From Promethearchaeia archaeon (GTDB taxonomy: Archaea > Asgardarchaeota > Lokiarchaeia > Sigyniarchaeales > SOKP01): a stretch of DNA of 32,000 nucleotides. The stretch lies in the NCBI GenBank assembly GCA_046497275.1, contig JAWOFX010000041.1:1-32000 (forward strand), read 5' to 3'. A program made the translations under genes and the position numbers. Numbering within the stretch: position 1 is the first letter of the stretch; every line of letters starts with the position of its first letter. The notes under the pieces were generated by a model that saw only the letters and a program-made list of their open reading frames with translations, made no database searches and was not told where the DNA came from. Positions 26,655 to 32,000 of the stretch are shown piece by piece.

Positions 26655-26682
26655 GTAATATTCATAAATTTTCCAATATTAC
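26655..26682. promoter_or_regulatory. Perfect 28-bp inverted repeat upstream of the btuF-like gene (NikR-like geometry)
   Basis: GTAATATT-N12-AATATTAC, equivalent to GTAATA-N16-TATTAC. Confidence 0.55.
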
Positions 26683-26689
26683 ATAAAAA

Positions 26690-26728
26690 TAACGTTTAAA
26701 ATCGATTTAAATAAATATCATTTGAATT
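26690..26728 (+). promoter_or_regulatory. Conserved promoter/operator block upstream of the btuF-like gene (copy 2)
   Basis: TAACGTTTAAAATCGATTTAAATAAATATCATTTGAATT versus TAACATTTAAAATCGATTTAGAAAAACATCATATGAAAT upstream of cbiM. Confidence 0.7.
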
Positions 26729-26760
26729 AAAAAATAATTTAATATTAGTGTAAAACGGGA

Positions 26761-27939
26761 ATGGTTAGTAAAAAAATTTTAGTTAGTGGTATTGTAGTAG
26801 CGGCGATAATTTCACTCATTGTAGGTATAGGTATTTATAATAGTTATATCAATCCTGGAGGAGAATCGCGCTCGAGAACTATTACGGATGCCTTAGGACG
26901 AGAAGTTAAAATTCTCGAGGCAGAGGATATCGATAAAATTGTAGGAATTAATCCTGGTGGTTTGCGTCTTTTAGTCTATATGGAAGCGGAAGATCTTGTC
27001 TGTGGAGTGGAAGATATCGAAAAATCAAGCCAATTATCAATAGGAAGGCCCTATCTTTATGCAAATCCCCACCTAAAGGATCTCCCCAGTATCGGTCCGC
27101 AATTTGGGGGCGATGCAGAACTGATTTTAGGCCAAGAGCCAGATGTCATTTTTATGACCTATGGGACCATTGAGGAGGCAAATACTTTGCAAGAACAAAC
27201 AGGAATCCCTGTAGTGGCATTAGGGTATGGTGAGATTTTCGGAGACTTACAATTAGATTCATTTTATGATTCTCTGGATCTTCTCGGAGAAATTCTGGCT
27301 AAAAAAAGCCGGGCAGATGAATTAAAAGACTACATAGATAATCTAATTGAAGATTTAGACAATCGAACGATGGATATTGTTGAGGGCGAAAAAAAATGGA
27401 TTTATGTTGGCGGAATCGGACACCAAGGCACACACGGCATTGCCTCCACTGATTGTCAATATGAACCTTTGAAATATATTAATGGAAATAATGCAGCAAG
27501 CCTAATTGAGGGATGCGACGGACATGCGTTTATTGATATCGAAGCTTTATTTCAATGGGAGGATGAGGATGAAAGCAAACTGGATTATATTATTGTTGAC
27601 GGAGGTGGATATGGATTATGTATGCAAGATCTTCAAAATACAACAGTAGATGCAGGTGCTGGGGATTTAGAATGTATAAAAGCTGAACCTCCACGAGCAA
27701 TTATGACTCTTCCTTATAATTATTATACCACCAATCTTGGCACAGTACTTGCCGATGCATACTATTTGGGGAAACGATTCCATCCAGACAAATTCAGCGA
27801 TTTCAATTATACAAACGGAAAAGTCTATGACGATATTTATGAGAATTTTGTTGGAGAAGAAGTTTATGATGATATGGTGAGTGATTTTTATGGAGGATTC
27901 CATAACATTACTCATGATGAAATAGATAATTATACTTAA
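26761..27939 (+). CDS. Iron-complex/cobalamin ABC transporter substrate-binding protein (BtuF/FecB family), membrane-anchored
   Basis: N-terminal TM anchor, ITDALGREV, DAELILGQEPDVIF, LQEQTGIPVVAL; substrate cannot be resolved from sequence. Confidence 0.85.
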   Translation: MVSKKILVSGIVVAAIISLIVGIGIYNSYINPGGESRSRTITDALGREVKILEAEDIDKIVGINPGGLRLLVYMEAEDLVCGVEDIEKSSQLSIGRPYLYANPHLKDLPSIGPQFGGDAELILGQEPDVIFMTYGTIEEANTLQEQTGIPVVALGYGEIFGDLQLDSFYDSLDLLGEILAKKSRADELKDYIDNLIEDLDNRTMDIVEGEKKWIYVGGIGHQGTHGIASTDCQYEPLKYINGNNAASLIEGCDGHAFIDIEALFQWEDEDESKLDYIIVDGGGYGLCMQDLQNTTVDAGAGDLECIKAEPPRAIMTLPYNYYTTNLGTVLADAYYLGKRFHPDKFSDFNYTNGKVYDDIYENFVGEEVYDDMVSDFYGGFHNITHDEIDNYT

Positions 27940-27951
27940 AAACAGTAAACT

Positions 27952-29049
27952 ATGAAAAATCAATCAATAATAGAAGAAATGGACGCAGAAAAAATCCAAA
28001 AGGAGTATGAGAAATACAATAAACGTCGGGAATATTTCATTATTCTCAATTTTTTTCTTATTTTAATTTTTATCCTTGTAGGAATTACCTTCGGCTCCTT
28101 CGAAATTACGTTCTTTGAAGTCCTTGAAGTGCTGTTCGGAGGAGGCGAGCAAGTACATGGAAGAATAATCTGGGGAATTCGCATGCCTCGTGTCCTTTCT
28201 GCCTTATTGGCAGGGGTTGCATTATCTTTAGCGGGAGTGGCTATGCAAAGTATCTTGAGGAATCCTATCGGCTCTCCTTTTACGCTTGGAGTTTCCCAAG
28301 CTGCAGTATTCGGTGTAGCTTTTGCTGTTATCGCACTGGGCGCGGGCAGCGTCCAGAGCCTTTCTGGGGATGCTGTTCTGATTAATAATCCCTATTCAGT
28401 CACCCTTTTTGCATTCTTATCCTCCCTTCTGAGCACCGGTGTAGTTTTACTTTTGGTTAAGTTCAAAGGCGCCAAACCTGAGACTATGATCCTTACTGGG
28501 GTCATTTTAGGCTCCCTATTCAGCGCGATGACGACCGCGTTAATGTATTTTGGTAGCGATGTACAGATTGCCTCAGTGATTTTTTGGACCTTTGGAGATT
28601 TAAGCCGTTCCACATGGAGTAATTTTTTCATATTATGTGCAATTATTCTCCCAGCAGTCTTATATTATATGAAAAACGCATGGAACTACAACGCTTTAAA
28701 TTCGGGAGACGAAACGGCTGAAAGCTTAGGTGTTAATACGAATCGTTTAAGGATTCTCGGGATGATAATTGCCTCGCTCACTGTATCTGTGGTGATTGCC
28801 TTTTTTGGTGTGATTGCATTTGTAGGATTAGTAGTTCCCCATATTGTCCGCAGAATTATCGGTAGCGATGAGAGGTATTTAATTCCATCCTCGGCCCTAT
28901 TTGGCGGGGTTTTCTTGCTCTTCGCAGATATCATCGCTCGCACTATTATTTCCCCTATTGTCTTGCCAATTGGGATTCTTACTTCATTTCTCGGAGCACC
29001 GATGTTTTTATATTTACTATTAAAAAAAGAGAGGAGAGGATTTTGGTAA
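27952..29049 (+). CDS. FecCD/BtuC family ABC permease
   Basis: RMPRVLSALLAG, MQSILRNPIGSPFTLGVS, GDETAESLGV, IAFVGLVVPHIVRR. Confidence 0.93.
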   Translation: MKNQSIIEEMDAEKIQKEYEKYNKRREYFIILNFFLILIFILVGITFGSFEITFFEVLEVLFGGGEQVHGRIIWGIRMPRVLSALLAGVALSLAGVAMQSILRNPIGSPFTLGVSQAAVFGVAFAVIALGAGSVQSLSGDAVLINNPYSVTLFAFLSSLLSTGVVLLLVKFKGAKPETMILTGVILGSLFSAMTTALMYFGSDVQIASVIFWTFGDLSRSTWSNFFILCAIILPAVLYYMKNAWNYNALNSGDETAESLGVNTNRLRILGMIIASLTVSVVIAFFGVIAFVGLVVPHIVRRIIGSDERYLIPSSALFGGVFLLFADIIARTIISPIVLPIGILTSFLGAPMFLYLLLKKERRGFW

Positions 29050-29870
29050 TAATAGATGTTCAAAATTTAACTTTTGCCTATAATAAAAAACCTGTATTAC
29101 ATGATATAAGTTTTAGTTTGGAAAAAGGAGAGTTTCTGGGAGTCATAGGACCGAATGGCTCGGGAAAAAGCACCTTGCTTAGAAACCTAGATGGTATACT
29201 TAGCCCTAAGAATGGGGCAATCTACATTGAAGGTTGCGATCAAAATGACATGAGCCGACTAGATATCGCCAAAATAATTGGTTATATTCCCCAAAAGGAG
29301 GGTGATATGTTTCCTATAACTGTCTTTGAGACTGTACTTTTGGGAAGGACACCACATATTAAATGGATGGAAACGAAGGAAGATAAAACTATTGTAGCCC
29401 GTATGCTCGAGAAATTAGGTTTAGGTAAGTTTGCCATGCGCGATATTAATCAACTAAGTGGAGGAGAGCGACAGAAAGTATATATTGCTCGCGCCTTGGT
29501 ACAACAACCAAAATTATTGCTTTTAGATGAGCCTACCGCCAATCTAGATTTAAAGCATCAAATTGAAGTATTAGATTTATTGCTGGAAACCAAAAAGAAA
29601 GGAGTTGCCATTATTATTGCTATTCATGACCTTAACCTCGCCCTACGGTACTGTGATAAATTCGTAATCCTCCATCAAGGTCAAGTTTTTGTTCGCGGCG
29701 GGGAAGAGATTATAAATAAAAAAAATATTGAGACGGTCTATGGGGTAAAGGTGGAAGTTCTTGAAAAGGCAGGACAAAAATATGTGATCCCCTTTGAACC
29801 TTTAGATAAAAAAGATCAAAAATCGGATTCAAACATTCCATTAGAAGAACAAATTATTTCAAAAATATAA
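29043..29870 (+). CDS. FecE/BtuD family ABC ATPase
   Basis: GPNGSGKS, LSGGERQKVYIARAL, LLLLDEPTANLDLKHQ, HDLNLA. Confidence 0.95.
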   Translation: MVIIDVQNLTFAYNKKPVLHDISFSLEKGEFLGVIGPNGSGKSTLLRNLDGILSPKNGAIYIEGCDQNDMSRLDIAKIIGYIPQKEGDMFPITVFETVLLGRTPHIKWMETKEDKTIVARMLEKLGLGKFAMRDINQLSGGERQKVYIARALVQQPKLLLLDEPTANLDLKHQIEVLDLLLETKKKGVAIIIAIHDLNLALRYCDKFVILHQGQVFVRGGEEIINKKNIETVYGVKVEVLEKAGQKYVIPFEPLDKKDQKSDSNIPLEEQIISKI

Positions 29871-29879
29871 TAAAGTAAT

Positions 29880-30479
29880 ATGAGTATGGACAAATTTTCT
29901 ATTAGGCCAATTGGCATTGTAAAGAATGATAAAGATGCAGAAATGCTTAAATATGCAAATGAAGATATCGAATTAGATCCAAATAGATTGCGAAAGCAAG
30001 GGCATGCATTGGGAACCTCTGAAATTATTGTTTATGATGATTATGTAGAATGTCTAGATGGAATCGAAGACTTTTCCCATTTAATGGTGCTCTATTGGAC
30101 TCATAAAACGCCCGAGGAGGCACGGAATATTAAGAAAGTTCACCCTGCAGGCTTGCAGTCTATGCCCGTAAAGGGAATCTTTGCTACCCGTTCTCCTGTT
30201 AGACCAAATCCCCTTGCTCTTATCTCCGTGAAGTTGATCAAACGAGAACATAATCGTCTAATCGTTGAGGGTTTGGATGCGATAAATCGATCGCCAGTAA
30301 TCGATATAAAACCCCACCTGCCATCGTATGATTCCCCATTGGATGTAAAATTAGCAGATTGGATGTATTCACTAATGGATGAGTTTAGGAAGTTGAATCA
30401 AGATGATTCTGATGACTCTCAACACATTGATATGCGCGCTCATCCTTGTATCAGCTTCGAACAAAAAACTTTAAAATAA
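29880..30479 (+). CDS. trmO: TrmO/TsaA (UPF0066) SAM-binding protein, tRNA t6A37 N6-methyltransferase family
   Basis: LDGIEDFSHLMVLYW, GIFATRSPVRPNPLALI, GLDAINRSPVIDIKPH. Confidence 0.88.
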   Translation: MSMDKFSIRPIGIVKNDKDAEMLKYANEDIELDPNRLRKQGHALGTSEIIVYDDYVECLDGIEDFSHLMVLYWTHKTPEEARNIKKVHPAGLQSMPVKGIFATRSPVRPNPLALISVKLIKREHNRLIVEGLDAINRSPVIDIKPHLPSYDSPLDVKLADWMYSLMDEFRKLNQDDSDDSQHIDMRAHPCISFEQKTLK

Positions 30480-30517
30480 TTTTTTTGAATAATCGAATTT
30501 TCATCATTATTCGTTAT

Positions 30518-30958
30518 CTAAATCTTATTTTTTGCAATTTTTTCAATTGGGATTGCCATTAAAGAGACTAAAGCTTTAGAAATTAGGATTTGTTCGTTAT
30601 GGGAACTAATATAAATATTTGATTCTGAAATTATCAATTTTTTACCAGAATGAATCACTTCGGATTCGCATAATAATTTATCACCAATTGCTGGTTTGAA
30701 GAAATTGATTTTGAATTCAATTGTTAGAATGCAGATATTTTCAGAAACAAGAGTATATGCTGAATAACCCGCTGTATGATCAGCCATAGTAGCTATTACT
30801 CCCGCGTGGACAAATCCATCTTGCTGTTTATGATCCTGACGTATTTCAAGCGAAGAATGAAAAATTCCAGCATCTATATATTCAGCTTTGCATCCTAAAT
30901 ATGAAATAAACCCTTGAGAAAAATCTTTTTTTAAAAAATCAATTCTTTCTCGATTCAT
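30518..30958 (-). CDS. PaaI family (hotdog-fold) thioesterase
   Basis: QQDGFVHAGVIATMADHTAG, LTIEFKINFFKPA. Confidence 0.9.
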   Translation of the reverse strand: MNRERIDFLKKDFSQGFISYLGCKAEYIDAGIFHSSLEIRQDHKQQDGFVHAGVIATMADHTAGYSAYTLVSENICILTIEFKINFFKPAIGDKLLCESEVIHSGKKLIISESNIYISSHNEQILISKALVSLMAIPIEKIAKNKI

Positions 30959-31051
30959 ATTAAAATAAAGGAAAATACTGAAAAATATCTTATGAACAAA
31001 ATTAAAACAATTTTAATTAAAATAACAATTAAAAAAAAGAAGTAATAGCAA

Positions 31052-32000
31052 TTAAGTTGCTCTTACGAATCTATTAAAGAGTTTTATACCCACTAGAAAG
31101 ATTACGACGGAGTAAAGTAATAATAACCCCCAATTTAACAATACTTCAGGATGTAATATGGAGTTTCCATTAAGGAGTATATTTTGTAAGGCCACAACAG
31201 CAAATCGCGTGGGCAAGACAGACGCAACAACTTGCATTGATTCTCCGAACAATTCTATCGGTACAAATATTCCAGAAACCATAGCAAGCGGGATAATAAT
31301 TATCCAAACACCTCCTCCTGCGGTGTCAGGGTCTTTGAAAACCGGTGCTAAGGCGAATGATAATGCGAGTAGGAAGAAGGAAAATAAAAACATAGTAATT
31401 CCTATTCCAATGATTAAATCAATAAATGTAACGAAATTGGGATTCCATCCAAAGATAGATAATATCCCTGCCCCAATCGCAAATTGCATAAAGATCAATA
31501 GAATACTTGAAAAAATATTCGAAAGAATTATTTCCCAATTTTTCACTTGAGTACTAGAAAGTCTCTTGAATATCCCGTCCTTCTTCTCCCCGGTTAATAC
31601 CACTAATACAAAAGATAAGATCGACATAGGACCGTATAATAAATATCCAGGAGCTGCATATGTAATTTGGTTTATTACTTTTCCTTTAAATGGTTCCTCA
31701 TCTAAAATTATGTCAATATCAGTGGGATTATAGTTAATGATTTCTTTGATAAGCTGATTTATAGTATTAGTTAGCGCACCTTTTATAGCAGGTGATACAT
31801 CTCCTCTGAAATAAATATCAAATTCTAAAGTACCAAAAGGTTCTGCTCCTGGAATGGATTCACTATAAAGACTTATAAGGTAGGCTTTCGTTTGATAAGT
31901 TGCGCTTATTGATCCATTAAGATAAGATAAAGCGTATTGTAATTTAGCATCGGTTTCTTGTTGAGTGGCACTGTTTCTATAATAATAGGTCATATTAACA
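31052..32000 (-). CDS. ABC-2 type transporter permease (5' end probably beyond the window edge)
   Basis: EKKDGIFKRLSSTQVKNWEIILS, SGIFVPIELFG, LPTRFAV; the frame stays open to the window end upstream of the ATG at 31993. Confidence 0.85.
   Translation of the reverse strand, partial: VNMTYYYRNSATQQETDAKLQYALSYLNGSISATYQTKAYLISLYSESIPGAEPFGTLEFDIYFRGDVSPAIKGALTNTINQLIKEIINYNPTDIDIILDEEPFKGKVINQITYAAPGYLLYGPMSILSFVLVVLTGEKKDGIFKRLSSTQVKNWEIILSNIFSSILLIFMQFAIGAGILSIFGWNPNFVTFIDLIIGIGITMFLFSFFLLALSFALAPVFKDPDTAGGGVWIIIIPLAMVSGIFVPIELFGESMQVVASVLPTRFAVVALQNILLNGNSILHPEVLLNWGLLLLYSVVIFLVGIKLFNRFVRAT

Noticed and set aside
1-32000. CRISPR arrays, tRNA or rRNA genes, transposases or integrases
   Set aside because: No regularly spaced repeats, cloverleaf-like segments or recombinase motifs were seen by eye; a covariance-model scan was not possible

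Overview
A low-GC archaeal chromosome segment, most consistent with an Asgard archaeon (Lokiarchaeia-like). The evidence is archaeal TFB, Gar1, SecE/Sec61-gamma, archaeal-type DnaG, ArcS/RaSEA, roadblock proteins and a Loki-CTERM-like anchored surface protein. The left half is mostly housekeeping: ftsY, secE, dnaG, an ArsA/Get3 ATPase, ahcY, a tandem Lrp, arcS-raSEA and gar1-tfb. The right half holds a NosD-type beta-helix surface protein, a non-pyrrolysine MttB methyltransferase, a CbiMNQO-type ECF transporter, a BtuFCD/FecBCD-type ABC transporter with trmO, a PaaI thioesterase and a partial ABC-2 permease. The main observation is a 29-nt insertion (3748-3776) that interrupts dnaG inside its conserved GAIFGQ|TEGLL motif. 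It folds into a relaxed bulge-helix-bulge whose predicted cut sites restore the reading frame, making it a candidate endonuclease-spliced mRNA intron. Other notable points are a probable ATT-initiated cbiO, a 39-bp promoter block shared by cbiM and the btuF-like gene, a 28-bp NikR-like inverted repeat, and a one-base frameshift in a metallo-beta-lactamase-fold gene. No rRNA, tRNA, CRISPR array or transposase was recognised.
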